Shown: piece by piece, positions 14,031-29,550 of the stretch
Layout: every line of letters starts with the position of its first letter
How positions within the stretch are numbered: position 1 is the first letter of the stretch
Assembly (NCBI GenBank): GCA_036172245.1
Contig: JAYWIR010000032.1
Location: 2,108,001-2,172,000 of the forward strand
DNA: 64,000 bases
Reading direction: 5' to 3'
DNA from: Raillietiella orientalis
Taxonomy: Eukaryota
Made by a program: the position numbers and the translations under genes
The notes under the pieces: generated by a model
Databases searched by the model: none
Told to the model about the DNA's origin: nothing
What the model saw: only the letters and a program-made list of their open reading frames with translations

Positions 14031-17000
14031 TTTTTATAGTATTTTCCTTTCTGATGCACGGTTGTGTACATCACTCTTGCTCGATGCCGTTATAAGCTGC
14101 CGTTAAGTACTTGTCACTGTTTTCCATGTTGCTTTCGATAGCCTTCGTAGGCAACATACTGTTAGATGTGTGAGTGCCTTGAGTAAATGGACTTAAAGCT
14201 CCTCTTTGCTTTTTCCTCTCTTCCCCCTCCCCCCTTTTTTTCCCACTAAGAAGATTAGAAGTACTCGCTTAGAGATACGTGGAAAGAGAGTCTGCGCATC
14301 TTCCAATGTATTTCGGCATAGAATCGAAAGCTCTGGGAGGCATCTTTTCCATGGATTCAAACGCTGTTCGACTTCAATGCAAAAGAAAACCGGACTCGGA
14401 AAACACGTGAGTTGCGGATGTCATCTCAAAGTTCCATCACGGTGCAGTGCACAGTCATCATAAGGTGCAAAAATACTTTGATAAGCACACTTTTAGGATA
14501 ATTGCATTTTCTCAAATGACTGTATTTCAGTAATCGGACCGTATAACGTTTTTTTCATCGTCCTTTTTGCGGAGCAGTGATAACACTGGCTTATTAGCAA
14601 GAAGAATTTTGTATAACAAAGGGACGAAAACGAGGGCCTTTTCTGGATAAGATTGCTTAAAACTCATTTACAAATGGCTTCGTTCTGAATGAATCCTGAA
14701 AACTTTTCAAATAATCTCATATTTTCTTGCAGAATTTTAAGAAGTGATTGAGGCATTGCTCGAGGATTCGCAAGGAGGTTCACAACTGAATGCAGAGAAC
14801 ATCCTTCGAAGAACACCGTTTCCTGGCAGATGTATCTATTGTGGTGCTTCCATGAAAAACTAGAGATAGTTTCACCCTAGGAAAGAACTCGCATCCATGG
14901 CTATCATTAAACGTAGCTCTCTCTTCCAGTGGGCTAACTGACTCACCAGGTAATTCGAATAACTTTTATGCCTTACAAAGAGATTTCTGATTAGTATCAC
15001 CACGACGAAAGCATTCTGACACACTCAGGCTATTTATAAAGGAAAAGAAGAAAAAGCACAATGGTATCACGGTAGGCAGATTCAGATGACCCGGGGAAAT
15101 TAAACAGATGATTTGACGATGAAACTTTTGGGTTTGAAATCTTGCTTTTTTAGAATTTTAAATCTGCAAATTTTTTAAAGTTTCTTTTAATCATTATTGA
15201 TACATTATATATAAGAGGGTCACCAGTTAATGAAATTGCTAATCCACCTATTACATTAGCGGATGAATGTGTCATTTCAGCAACTGAAAAGGGTCATGCA
15301 GAATAGACCGAGGTGCGTTCCAGAAGTTGGAAGTGGGCGCAGAAAGCCTTCGGGGGCTCATTGATGCGAAAGTACGTCACAAAAGCTGTAGCGAAATGCT
15401 GCAGTCTTCAGCTGTTGATGGCTTATTCTCTGAGTATCTTCCAAAAGACATTGTCAGTATGCCACCGAAAAAGGAGAGCACATTTATTTTAAGAACAATT
15501 GTATTTTTTAAAAAAGTAGTTTTATACACTTACTTAACATTATTCGTTTACGTCTCATTCTTGAATGCTAAAGACGGTTTCACAATTTTACAATATCCAA
15601 ACTTGTCACGCAAGAAGGCTTCAGAAATGGGATGCAGAAGCTTAGTATTCTCTAGATTTTTGCATCAAGTGCTGCCTTTTTTTCTTTCTTTTTTGAAAAA
15701 ATTTTTTCCTTGAAATTTGAAATCAATCAACAAATTTCATCTCTGATAGTTTGATTTCTATTCCAGAATTCTATTTCAGGCATTTTGAAGTATTCCAAAC
15801 TTGGCATCGTTGTTGGTTCCTCTTTGCAGAACTCATGACGGGGCGACGACTCCCCGAAAAGCAGTCTTTTCATTTTGTTCCAGAAATACAAAATTACATT
15901 TTGGGGAAATATTGTGCTGTGATTGTAAGCAAATTGAAACTTTCTGCTTGCGATTGGAGAGCGGAGAAAGTTACACGTTAAAGAGATGATGATGAATACA
16001 AATTTGAGAAACAAGAAAAAAAAAGAGACAGCAAGGCTACCAAACATTATAAATAACACTGCTAAAAGTAGTAGTTGACCAGAAAGAATCAGGGTTCAAA
16101 AGAGAATAGAGCCAATTTGCTACCCACGGTTAACAAGCGGCGAATAAACTTGACTCAAAGATTGCAACACATCGGGGAGACAAAAAAAAAGAAAAAAAAA
16201 TTAAAAGTTGAGGATTCAATCCCCCTGAGCTTTAGAAGAAGACTTTCCATGACGATGAAACTTACTGCTTCATTTTTAGAATAGATCCGAGTATACACAT
16301 ATATAACATGAAACACCCGATAATAGATGAAATGACTGTTTCAAAACTGAGTTCAAGTCGACAAATAAAACACTGTTATGAACAAAAATCACTGGAATTC
16401 TGCATACCCTCTGATAAAATGATCAAAGAGCTAAGCAGCACGTGCTATTTGTTTTAGTCCACTTCGAGAAATTTCGCAAATCTGGGAAATTGCATAACTA
16501 TTTTGCTCTATTCAGAAAGTCCAAACCTATTTAAATGTAAACATGCAATATTAAATCGAGGTTGATTTCGCCAAAAAAAAGAGAGGAGGTTACTAATGCC
16601 ATTTAAATGCTGTTATCAAATCTACGGTTTTCAGTAGAACTTCTTTGTTCGGCGGCGCCAAATTTCTCATGAAAAGGGAAGTGCAAAATATCTGCTTCTT
16701 TAAACGAATGTTTCTGTTTAAGTACCAAAGAATGTAGATCTTTCTCAACGAACCAAGCCAAGCAATTACGCCGGAAGTGTCTAAAACTCACCAATACGTA
16801 GGAATCCGTGGAGGAAAGCTTTTCAATATGTAATTTCCTGAAGTAGAATGAGGAAAAAAATATATGTGACATACAAGCAAATCTTTTTGCAATTTCATGT
16901 GCAAACAATATCAGGAAAGCACGATTTGAGGGGAATTATCGAAACAGATGCGTACATTTAAACGAAAACACTTAATGATGTGTCATCATAAAAACGCACC

Positions 17001-18727
17001 ATAGTCCATGAAGTTCATGGAATGCAATGCATTATGGATAAGGCGAGCGTCAGAATTCCGCTATACTCATCCACGGACACCACGGTTTTGTTCATTAACA
17101 AAGGTCAAATCGGTCAATTTGAAGTAAGGCAATTAAGTTTTCGCAAACTAAGAAAGTGTTTTTTTGGAACTGGAAAGAAATTTTATTTCTTGGCATTGCA
17201 AGTTTGCTACAGTAAAAAAAAAAAAAAAAAAAAAAAAGGCTGCAGCCAATAAAAATATGCTAAACTGCATGTTTTTTTTGTTTTTAAAAAAAAAATTGCC
17301 TGAGCTATCAGGACTTAAACACAACTAGGTAAAACAACGATTTGTTTCCAAACAACGTTGGATCGGCTTCCAAAATGAATTTGTAGTCTGATGTGAAACG
17401 ATCGAAATATGCTTTCGCAGCCTATGAGGTCTTCAATCTTCCAAGAGTTTCACAATTTCTGCAACAGGTGATGATACTTAATTGAGCTGAGTACTTTTGG
17501 CTCCAACGTGAGTTTTAAAAAGGAAGTGAGGAAATGCAGAACCTCGAATAAAAAAAAAAACAATCATTCTAGGACTTATGTCTTGCTGTTTTACTATTTC
17601 CTGAAAAAAATAAGTACGAGATTGTAAAGGTTTCTATTCTGTTGGAATCTTTTAGTGACTCAATTGTTTCTGCAAATACGGAGAAACAAGCGTCCAGCGA
17701 AAACAAGAAAGGATTTTATTTTGGTTTCTGATTTATTTGAGACCATAAGCTCCGACTCTTTACGGTGAATTCGAATACCTTTATAGAAAAACTGAACCAA
17801 AGTACACAGAAGTTACACTGATATTGGTAACGGTATAATGTTATGAAACTACGTGCCAAAGTTTGCTTATTTCTGTAAAGGATTATTGTTAATGATGTAT
17901 TTAAGTAAACATAATATACTCTAGCATCGGAGAATGTGAATAAATGTGAACTTTTTTTCAAGTATTACCACGTATTACGTATATGGTTTGTGAATCAATC
18001 GTAACCCCAAAAATTAATTTTGATTCCTTCAATTCCTGATTTTTCCTTGGAGGTAACGTTTTGCAAGGAGTACTGCATATTTATATGTTGACTTCACGGG
18101 GCCAGCAAATCCTAAAACCTATCCTGTCAGATACTCCCTTTCTAACGTATCAGTTATTAAAAAGCATAAGTCTGTACTGGTCTGTGCAATTACGTTGTGT
18201 TCCCACATACAGAATGTTGGTGATTCTATCCTGTAATGATTAGAAGAATAAACTCCCAGTGAAGGTGCCACTAAATAAGGAATCAACACATAATGACAGG
18301 AAGCAAATGGCTCTTGTGATTGATGATCGTAAATTTTCCATAATAGCAATAACTCACCTCTACACATAAGATACATGGATTAATACAGAAACTCACGGTG
18401 GGTGGACGTTGTGTACTAGTAAATATTAAGTAAAAACATAAATCCTTAAGTATTTGGTGAATAGCGTAATTCTTAATCCAATCTAAAATCAATTTTTCTA
18501 TTTCAACTGATCATGATGTCACATGTCCAATAAGATGATATTTTCTAAATTCTTAATTGTAACAAAAATAAAGGCATTAACAGGTTTTTTCTGCTTTATT
18601 ACAAACAGCGATTATGGCAAAATGACAACTTGTATGCACTATGCTCTGCACAGCATATAACACTTATGCATACAATCATGTTGGAAATGCTTCAACACAA
18701 ACAGTTCAAATGGGCACTGCTACTGAT

Positions 18728-21700
18728 TCACTCACGAATAATAATAGAGTTTGCTTCATCAGAACCTCCATCAATCTAATTCAGAAATATAAGTGATGGC
18801 ACATACTGACTGTAAAACCTATTACCTGTAATTCTAAACTAGAATCAACACCCAACTGAGAAAACTGGTCATCAGTAACATCTGTCAGAATCATCTGCCC
18901 ATCAGGCAAAACCAGAAGAACTTTCTTTTGGCCTAAAAAGATGTAAGAGAATACTTTTTTAAGTTCACCAACCTTCTTCAGTTGAAGCTTGCAATTCTTC
19001 AGAATTGACTACCAAGTTTGCCAGAGTGTTCAAGTCAATTGCCTGTTCTTCCCCCTCATGACCATCTTGTGTAGCAATGATAGTAGTGGTGCCATCTTGA
19101 TGAGTTGCAAGAGCAAGAGTCTGGGAATCTTGGGAAGCTTGTGCTGCAGCTGCTGCAAGAATACTTGCAGCCTGTTCAGCACTATCTTCTGACGTTAGAA
19201 TTACTTGTCCCGAACCATCGGTTACTCCATTCTGTGATGGCACATCATCCTGATTTCTAGATAAACTGATTGTGCGGCCTGTCATGGGACTTCTGGAGCC
19301 CATACTTTTAACTTGAAAGTGCGCTTTAGGATGAATTCTTCTCGGGCTCATTGGTTTTTTCTTAGTATTTGGGTCACTAACACTGGTAGAGAGTCGCACA
19401 CCTTGGTTTACAGTGGTGGTTTGAGTGGGTGCAGTATTTTTTGTTTGCAAAGTAAGTCCAGGCACACTTTCAACAGAATTAAGAGTCATTGTCAGGTGAT
19501 CCCCGCCATTGTCTTCAGATCCTTCTTCGATTTCTATTACTTTCATTTGACCCATTTCATCAATTTTAATCTCAACACTTTTCTCCTCGGGTGGTCTCCT
19601 GATAGCCACAGGCCATTTGATTTCACGTTTACTGATTGTATCCGTACTATTCATTTGTTCCACAGATTTTTTTGGCATCAGTCGATACTCGATTGTATAA
19701 CCATCTGCCATAGTTACTGGCACTAATTCCAAATAATCAGGAATGCGCTTAGGGGCATGGGGTACAGTTGAAAGGCGACGACCAAATAAAGGAATGTGTC
19801 CTCGACGTAAAAGTCCTGTGGTAGGTGGTCTCCCTCTCATACCTGTATACAAACGATAAGGCGATGGTGTAAAAGATGTATTATATTTTGGAGTTGTTCG
19901 GGGTGGTCTACCACGAGAACGTCCACGGGGTGGGGCAGGTACAACAGGGGTGACCACTGAAGCATTTTTAATAGAATCAGCAGATTCACTTTCAAGAACT
20001 GTTTTGTTTTCACCGCCAGGTGTAGAAAAAGGAGTAGAAGTTGTGGGCGTTGAATATGTCTTCCCTCTACTCCCTCTCCCTCTTGAGCCTCTCCCTCTCC
20101 CTCTCCCTCTCCCTCGGGGGACAGTTATCTCATAACTGGCTACACTGGATTCAAGATCCATTTTTTCTGATTCTGGTGTATATTCTGGAACAGCAACATC
20201 TGGAAGAACCACTTTCTTAATAGGACTGACTTCTGCTATCGGTAATTCTGTTGTCTTGGAAGCAGGATATACTGACTGTGGTAATGTAGGAACAGATGCA
20301 GGAAGTGGAGGAGGTAAGGGTGCACTTTCAGGAGGAGGAGGAGGAGGAGGAGGGAGTGGAGTAGTATTCACAACAGAGGACTTTGCAGAGGCAGCTTGAC
20401 GACCGTATTTTAGGTTGGCTAATGATTTATCTAATCCAGGTATCGGAGTAAGGACCACTTTAGCTTTTTTAATGGAAAGTCGTGCCATATAATTCGAATC
20501 AGTTTTATCAGCTTTCCGCTTAATGCCTACTGACATCCCTTCTGCAGCGTTCGAGGTATCAGCAACACGACCAGCACTAACACTTTTTGAACGAGCTTTC
20601 TCTTCAAAACCGGATTCAACAACTAGTTGATTTGATGTCCACTTTTTCATTAGTCCCAATGCTTTTTGCTTAGATGGCCTACACAAGATTTTAATTATCA
20701 GAGGCTCGTTTATTTTAATTACCTAGTTCCTGGTGATAGACTCATTTCAGGGGTCGATTCAGCTGTTAGTTCATCTTCATCCACCTCTAAAAATGCTTCA
20801 TCTGATTTGGCTAATTGCTTTTTGCGAGTCAAATTCCAGTTTTTTTCGAATTCAAACATTAAAGTGGGGCAGTCTAAATTATCCTGTGGTTCCCAAGTGT
20901 TTGCAGATCTATAGGAACAAACAACTTATCTCCAACAAACAATTTTCCTCACTCATTATATCCTTCCCATTTCAACAAATATTCGTACTTGTGAATTTTT
21001 GGATTATATCGTTTCGCTAGTATTTTTTCTACTTTGAAATGCCCTACTTCCCTTATGTCTTTTCTGACTTCTTGCAAACATGCTACAAAATACACAAGAT
21101 TACCCATGTTTTCCATGCAGAGATCACAATGCTTACTTTCCTCACTGATTGGGCCAGCGAAAGTGACTTCCTTGTGCCGCTGCAAGGTAATTATTATGCC
21201 AATCTTGTACATTAACACATCTGCATACCTTATCAGGATGCTGGAATTTACCAGTTTCTTGAAATTTGCGAGCAGAGTCAAACCACAAAGTTTTCCGCTT
21301 TGAGTTCAATTTATTCCACTGCATTTCAATATATTCATCTGACATTAGTTTGTCATTAGCTGTAAAAGAAAAAAAAAAAAAAAATGCAACCAGTTTTTTT
21401 TAAAATCTGAATGGAAACTGAATTACACATTCTCACACCACCATGAAAGCACACATTTTTGTATCATAACAGTTTGTTGAAATCTCACCTTTGCTTTTAA
21501 CAGACTTCATATACAAGGAAAATGCTAGCTCAGCCAAACCTGGAAACTGCTTTCTTGAATTGTAATTCAATGAAATTGATGGTTTATTTGTAATAGAATT
21601 AATGGATTTTAAAGTGTTATTCAAATTTGGGATCTGAGATACATCATCTTTGTTCTGGAAAGGATTGCACAATATTAAATTGTTCATCCAAATGTACTGA

Positions 21701-24700
21701 ATCCAAATTCGAGCACCCACTGCAATGCTAAACTATGTACATTAGAATACATATTACGATGCACATTTATGCAAAACACATTAGCAAATAATTTCATCAA
21801 AAAATATCTACCAACTATTGACAATTAAAGTTACTCTGTGATTATATCTTGTACACTCACAACATTGATCAGAATCTTGGTAAGACCACTGACCATGTCT
21901 CTAATGCAATGGAAGTGATATGAAACAAACAAGCACATTTAAGTGCTTGTTTCTCATTTGTCTTAACAATAAAATTAAAGTAATACAAATTGCATAAACA
22001 CTCAAACCAATAAATCCCCGGAAGGTACAATGAGAAACATGTCCCCAATACACTGGAACACTATCTGCAAAAAACACCCAAGGAAAACAAACATCTTCAA
22101 AACATGAAAATGCACTATACATAATGCACAATAACAGAAAAAATTATCGTAGAAACAAAACTTAATCAATCAAATGCAAATGTCCGATTTCCATGTTCTA
22201 GATCCTGCAATTAATATGCAAAAACTTCAGAAGTATGCTCACATAGGTGATACCTACGTGCAAGATTTTCTTACTAAGCATGCTAATCAGATAATGCAAA
22301 TGCTATATAAAAATCCACATCCCATGAAGGTTACAAACTGCATTATTTTAGAACATACATCTGATGAATGCATGATTTAAAATTGTTTCTTGCACAACAC
22401 ACTAAATAAAAGTTTAACTCCCTCAAAGATCCCGTCTGATTGGTAAAAACTCCCTTGTCATACATAAATGTACTCAGAAACTGGATATGAAATTTTGAGT
22501 CTGTGGCTCCTTAAAAAAATTGGGCCTAGAATCTCATTCAGCTTTTAAAAATACCTATGCTATAAACCTACATCTAAAATGTAGACACAAAATTAATCAA
22601 TATGTTGGAAGGAATCTTATTTACTAACAAACACTTAAAACCTTGAAAATCCGTAATGCTGATGTAGGTACAAAACACCCAATGATCATTTTGCTATAAA
22701 CATATGGTAACTAAATAGTAGACAATGATACACAAAAATCCAAGTAACTCAAGAGATTAGTTTGATTATTGACTTTAATTCACACAAAAATCTGGATTCT
22801 GTAAGATGCCTAACACATGTTTCCAAACAAAACATAGAATGTATATCAAAAATGCCAAGGCAGTGCATCTGATTCACATTTAGTTTTTACACATGAGAAT
22901 GGTTTTCATCTTTTGTTTCCTACCTGGTTTCTTTTGATAATCAAAATTAAGTAACATAGTCATTAACTATAAAAACCAATGAACTAAATTACTAACAAAA
23001 TTCCTTGTGATGAAGCATAATATTCTACCTCAACATCCAAACCAAATCATTAAGATGAAAACTTTGATAAATAGAAATCACTTCAGCCAAACATAATGTA
23101 TGCTAACAAAGAACACTATTTAATTGGGAGTATAAATCAAACTGTTTTTCAATTCACATAACGAAATGGAAAAATGCAACAAAACAAAGGATAGTAAATC
23201 TTCAACAATACGGCTTGGATGACATCCTGAAAGATTCAGCTTTCCATTGTTGTAGTTACTTGATCCCAAATTAGCAGAACACTTCCACACCATAAAAGTG
23301 TCTTTAAAATGAAAATTTCTTTGCAATGACAGCAAACAGTAAAACCTCATTCACATATAATAAAGAAATCGCACATACAATACAAGCACATGATCTGAAT
23401 AAATATTATTGTAATTTCTCTGCACGATATGGAATGCATATAGTAATGAAGTACAAGTGCTTCTCTACACATAGAACAAATTCAAAAAGGATATTACTTT
23501 ACAGGGAAATCTGAAAGAAACATAACCAGTTCAAAATGCAGATGATGGCCAATAATAATAGTAAATCACAGAAGTAGTCATTATGCTTGTTTGGATGCTT
23601 AGTTTCAATTTCCATTTCCTGTTTCAGTTATAAATCAATCAAATATTTAAAAATTTACCAAAAAACTTAGCAATCTCAGCAAAAATTTTACAACCATAAA
23701 TTCTGCATTCTTACTAGGGCATTTTGGAATATTTGACATTTTTAACATGAGGATGAATATGCAGCAAAAAGAACTGTTTAGCCCTATTCAAACCATTACG
23801 CTCATTTGTCCATCCAATTCAATATATCCAATTATGATAGACAATCCTGGTTACTTATGTATGTGTTTTTTAAATATAAAGCTTATTAGATAAATACATG
23901 GCACACTAACTGCCAATCTTTCATAAACAACAATTCTCAAAATTAAGGACATAAGCCCATTTCAGTTCAAGAACTGAATCAATTCGGGATCCAAACAAAA
24001 ATGCCTGCACCATCATAGAGTTGCTAATTGGCACTCCTTCATTAATCAAAGAGTACATGGTGGAACTGTGTACTTTACAATACAAAATTAAAGGGTCAAC
24101 AATCTGTACAACAGTTAGGAAAACGTGGTTTTTAAAGCATTCCAAACAATGCATTTAAAATAATTTCTCTTCGAATATTAAGTAATCAATATTCATTCTT
24201 TCTGAATTAGTACATGCTAAGCAAGTAGTTGTATGAATTTAAAATTTTTTGTTTACCACGAAATTCATTTACACCTGCATCCAAAACACAAGATCAAGTA
24301 AAAATTATCATTTGACAAATCTATATTTACTTTCCTTTGCTATAACTCTCAAATATTCCATACATTTTGAACATATATTGCACACGAATAAACATACAAA
24401 AAAAATATAAGTTTGCAATAAAAATGCTGGCATCTTTACAAATCACATCTACTGAAAATCCAGTAATTCAATTCTTTAATACTTCAATTTGCAATACATT
24501 TGTACACATTGATCACTCAACAATTACCAAATGTTCACATGCATCACTATTATTTCTTCAACTTCATTCAATGTCAAAATTAAGCATTCCGAAAACTCTG
24601 TTTATGAGCCCTAAATTTCAAAAACAAAAAAGCATCTGATTCTAATTCAAAAATGATCAAATGGCATGACAAAACAACAAATTCAAAAGAAAAATACCTT

Positions 24701-25526
24701 TTTAACAGCATTGGGTTCACATCCCTTTTGTTTATGCTTTGCAAATTCGTTAATATTTGAATACGTTTGCCTACATACTCCACAAATCAGTATATCAACA
24801 TCTGAAAGAAACTTGACTCTCTCAATCAGTTAAATTAACAAATCTACCATGAGCTGTTTTTTTTTGTGCATCTGTTTCAACTTTCAACAAGCCTGTTTCT
24901 GAATGTTCGTCAATTGAGGCTTCGTTATATGACTGTCCCATATCTCCTCCTCCAAGAACATCAGTACTCAATGTGAAACTATCAACATCAGCAACACATT
25001 CTGATTTCACTGAAGTAATGATTGGGCACATTCCAGCACTATCTGAGTCTTCAGTTTCATTAATTGAAGCACTTTCCATATCATGCACTGACAGATTTTC
25101 ATGAGGTTTATTTAACACAACTGCACTTTCCGGCATGCAAAAGGAAAGATGAACTGAATCTGATGGATCATTAGATGAAACCATAACATTTTCATTTCCT
25201 TCACTGGAATTGTAATCAACCTCGGATGATAATGGTCCTAATTCACTCATTGCAGCAAGTAAAACATCATTTGCACCAGGATTTAAAGTTCGATTTTCTA
25301 CTGTATGTTGACAACAGTCACTGTTACTAAGGGGATTACCGAAATCATTCAAGGCTTCGATGTCAAGTCTAATATTATCACCATCTTGCTGATGACTGAG
25401 TAGTATTTCTGTTTCATTAGAAACACCAGAAACCTTTGTATCCTCTAACAAATTTGTTGAATTTTGTAGTTCACTTTCCATTATATTCGGAGACGGCATT
25501 ACAAATGTAGTCTGTTTTGTTACCAT
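18728..25526 (-). CDS. Chro: Chromator/Chriz-like chromodomain protein with an N-terminal C2HC zinc motif, AT-hook (RGRP) motifs and Pro- and RG-rich regions
   Basis: Approximate exons: 25526-24848, 24801-24698 (DILICGVCRQTYSNINEFAKHKQKGC), 22966-22924, 21719-21489, 21361-21253, ~21180-21138, ~21070-20953 plus 20909-20723 (chromodomain [42 protein letters not shown]), 20678-18972, 18932-18826, 18775-18728. RPSKQKALGLMKKW after the chromodomain and C-terminal LVLPDGQMILTDV resemble arthropod Chromator as I recall it. Confidence 0.75.
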
Positions 25527-26649
25527 TTTCACTGAGAAACTTATATGGATTCAAATTTTCTTTTAATTCATCTCTGAATTATTTCTGTAACAAAACTACT
25601 CCTTGACATATTGTGTCACCACTACGCATAATAAACCAGGGTTGCAAGCACAGCATATTACAATTCTAAAGATTGCTGAATTGTCTTTACAAGCGAATAC
25701 TTTCTCTCTTTCATTTGTTATTTCCCCTTCTTCTGTCTCTAGAATAAAATAAAAACACACATATAATACCAATTATAAATATGCAAATCCCAGACTTTTG
25801 TATTTTACAATGCAAACCACCAATCTGTTACACAGGACATGAGAAACAACATTAACAATCATTTCTTATCGTGCTCAGGCCTATACGCAAACAACTTGCA
25901 TACGAAAATTACGTTCATATGGAGTTGACTGAACTATCAAGAAAAGATTACCTTTACACCTTAGTTACCAGAACATAATAACGTACAAGATAAACGTACG
26001 GCTGAGGCGTGTTTTCGTTTCAAGAACATAAAGTTAATAAGATTACGTACTTACACTATGCTTGCAATTTCCTAGTCAGTTTCATCCAAAACATGAACGC
26101 CATTTTTTGCAATTTCACAAAACAATTTAATCACATGTACGCAAATAAATATTTTTTTTGCTTTCTCAGAAACAAATAACCTTTACATAACTGTACATTT
26201 AATTACAGATTTTGCACTTTCGACTACTTAAACAGCAATTACACATATTTGGTATTTAGAGTGCATAAAACTGCCTACCTTTACTTGACAACGCGTTACA
26301 ACTGGCGCGATAGCAAATCAAAACAAGTACATAGTGCGCCACAATTGTACTCCTAAAATAAAATACAAATGTATTCAAACTGCTGTTTTTTATTTTTTAT
26401 CAACTCTGCTCCCATATCAAAATCGCCACAATAATAAGCTAATTTTAAAGTACAAAAAAACACAATGACTGATATGTTTTTTTGCTGATTGCTATTATAT
26501 GCTTTGTGTAATATAAAATAACATTCTGATCTCTCAAATCACAAAATAGAATTTCATTCAGTTTAGAAATTTCGAGAGGGAAATGTCGAAAAAACCATGT
26601 AATTACTGAATACATTTACGATCCTGATGAATACTATATTTGAAGATCT

Positions 26650-29550
26650 ACAATCTTAATTCAAGTATTTCCTCTTAGGCTTCTTTTACTGCTTATCTCT
26701 TGACAATTTTCTTTTATTCCAAGAGATTTTGAGTTCGGATTCTCATTTCTACTGTTAGCTATTGTTAAAAAGACGCTTCCTGGAAAGTAAGGAATCAAAA
26801 TACTATTGATTGTTTCTTCTAAATTTATTGTTGGAAAATTTGGAAACAAATTAAAGGCTACTAATTCACGTATGTGATCTTTCGTTGCTATTTTTATTTG
26901 GCTATAGTCTACTTCATAACATACTATCGAATAATGCTGGATTAAGAAACGCAGTAAAAAATTCATGCTGGAATCTTCTGAGATTTTGACATATCTTTCT
27001 CTTTAGGATAGTGAACTGATAGAATGTTTCTTGATAGAATTTAGCGAGAAATGTTGCCTCAACGATACTGAATGAAACTCTCACATACTTCGTACTTCTT
27101 TCTCTTCCCTTGAAGTTCACAGAATGCAGTGCGAGGTGATTGATGAAGCCCACAGGAAATGTGTTGAATTTTGAAAGTGATGCTCAGAGTGCACCAAAGT
27201 ATCTCATACGAAGTTCGTTAACTGCTAATCAAATGTTATTCGAGGATTTGGGTATCTCTTTTTGCTGCTAGATTGGGTGTGATCCATTTGCTTGCTTCCT
27301 CATGATTTGTCATTCTCCTCATTCGAATACAAACCATGCTAGAATTTCTGGGTAGGAATTCTTGAAGGTCCTGTCATGAAATATACATATTAATATCTCG
27401 CGCTGAAATTTCATTCTGCTCATTCAGCATTCCTGAAGTTCAGGTCTGGACTTTCAATCACTTCTTTCCAGATATACGATATTCATATCTTTCGGCGCTT
27501 ACATTTCATGGGGTGCGCAAAACAGGCAGCTGCAATATTCTCAACTCCGATGACTTCCTACTTAAAAGACTTTGCTTACTTAATAACTTCATGCTTAAGA
27601 GGAATTGCCACACTTTAATGTCCCTTCTATTGTTCGGGATTAAGACCCCATATTCACCTTTAAGTATTCTTAAGCTGGATGAAGCTTTTACAAAAATTCC
27701 ATGTACTTATTAATTCATCTTATTCACCGATTTGCTACCCATTTGTGGTAGTTGATTTAAAATACTATATCGCCAAAACGTATTAAATCCATTTTGTTGT
27801 TGTGAGTATAACCTGATATTTTACTTCAAGATTAAATGCCTTGTCTTCATAGTTACGGCCATTAAGAAGTGCTATTAAATTTTACGTCTCATTTTCTATG
27901 CATTGCACGTTTGACTCTTTCCGCATTCTTTCTTGGATATTCTTCATCAGTTACATTGAAAGAAAAAAAAAAAAAATTAATTCTTTTGATATTTAGTTCA
28001 TTGCATATTTTCCAATAATGATTTACTTTTCTTAGTGCTTTAATCTAAATAGTGATTGTTTCTGTAATTGATTTGATGAATGATCTTTATTATTTCAATA
28101 GTGTATCCATGTCTTGCAGACAATGCAAATGTTTTTCCTTTTGTATTCTTGAAATCTTTTGTATTCTTGATATTGATATTGAATGATAAAGTTTGTTGTG
28201 CTTTTCTACATTTTCTGATGTTTTCAATGCTAATTTTTTATCTACCTTAAACAAACTTTCTCTTCATCTTATAACTTCCCTGAATTAAATGTGGAACTTG
28301 GAAGAATCTTCATACTTCTCCTTAGTGATTATCTTTGCTCCAGTACATGTATGTGTCCTACTTTCATTAATCTCATTTTTTTAAAACAGCCAAAGGAAAA
28401 TACACTTTAAAAATTGCTTCTGGTTGAGAATTTTAAATCATTGAATTAAAGACGGCTCATTCCATTTATTTTGATTCAGTAAGTTTCAAATTTTCTGTCA
28501 CTTTACCGAAAGTTGAATCTTGTTACACCATGGTTAGCAGAACATGCCGTAAACTTTTTCTTGTTTTCTTTGTTTCTGTTTCTATACATTGAATTTTGTT
28601 CCCAATATGCGCTCTCATTATGGTCACCTAAAATCCATGCTTTGAAGTGTGAAGCTGGTTCTTGTTTCCCCTCTTTTCTGTTTTCTTTTCATTTCTGTTG
28701 TTTGTATGTGCATGCAATATGTGGATTCAAAAAGCTGATCCATTTAAAATAATTACCATTTTATATAAATTCCCATTGATTTGCCATTTTTTTTCCGGTG
28801 TCCTCAGTTGACCTAGTACAGGAATTTTTTTTTTAATCAATTCCTTGGCTATGGTTTAGGCGGTTGCTTAGTTTACAGAGTTGACTCGCATTTCTTAAAT
28901 TCACTTGTCCCTTGAACTATGTGTGTTCCTTTATGGGCCTTCGAAGTCTGTTTTCGATCTTATCATTCTTTATAGTTAAGATTTCAAATAAAAAAATTTC
29001 GAGTGTCTTTGTATCAGTGAGAGCTTCTAATGTGCACTGTAACTAGTAGCTGGGTTTCGAAGACAGATGTCAGATTCCAGACCCTTCATTTAAGGGAATA
29101 CGCAGAATTTTAAAACTGCTCTACCATGGAAGTCCACGGAAAATTCGCAGATTTTCAATAATCAGTAATTTGCGATTCCACCGTTGGGGAATATGTTGTT
29201 ATTTTTTGGGTGTCATTATTTCATGCCATTAATTTATTGTTTGTAAATACTTTTCCATAAATCGTGAAGGTAAACCTTTCGAACATGTTTTGATCATTCC
29301 GACCCTACCAGTTTTCCTCCTTATTTCCTCTTATGATATAAAGAGTTGAAGACTGTGAGGAATCTCACCCTTGGGTTTTTGCCCGGCAAAGGAAATATTT
29401 CTTCCTAGCCGTCTTGTTTCTTATACTGTGCTTTGAGGCTTCTGAAGAGCTCATTTGATCATTTTCATCCGTCTGATGATTGTCAGCTTCTTTCCATTTT
29501 CCGTTTCACGGTCCATAAAGTTCTCTTTTCTTTGATTTAATTCGTATTAT
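26650..29550 (-). mobile_element. Possible highly decayed AT-rich LINE remnant between Chro and SRPRB
   Basis: A-rich minus strand with short Lys/Ile-rich frames and a GDHN-like remnant near 28625; no intact motifs. Confidence 0.22.
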
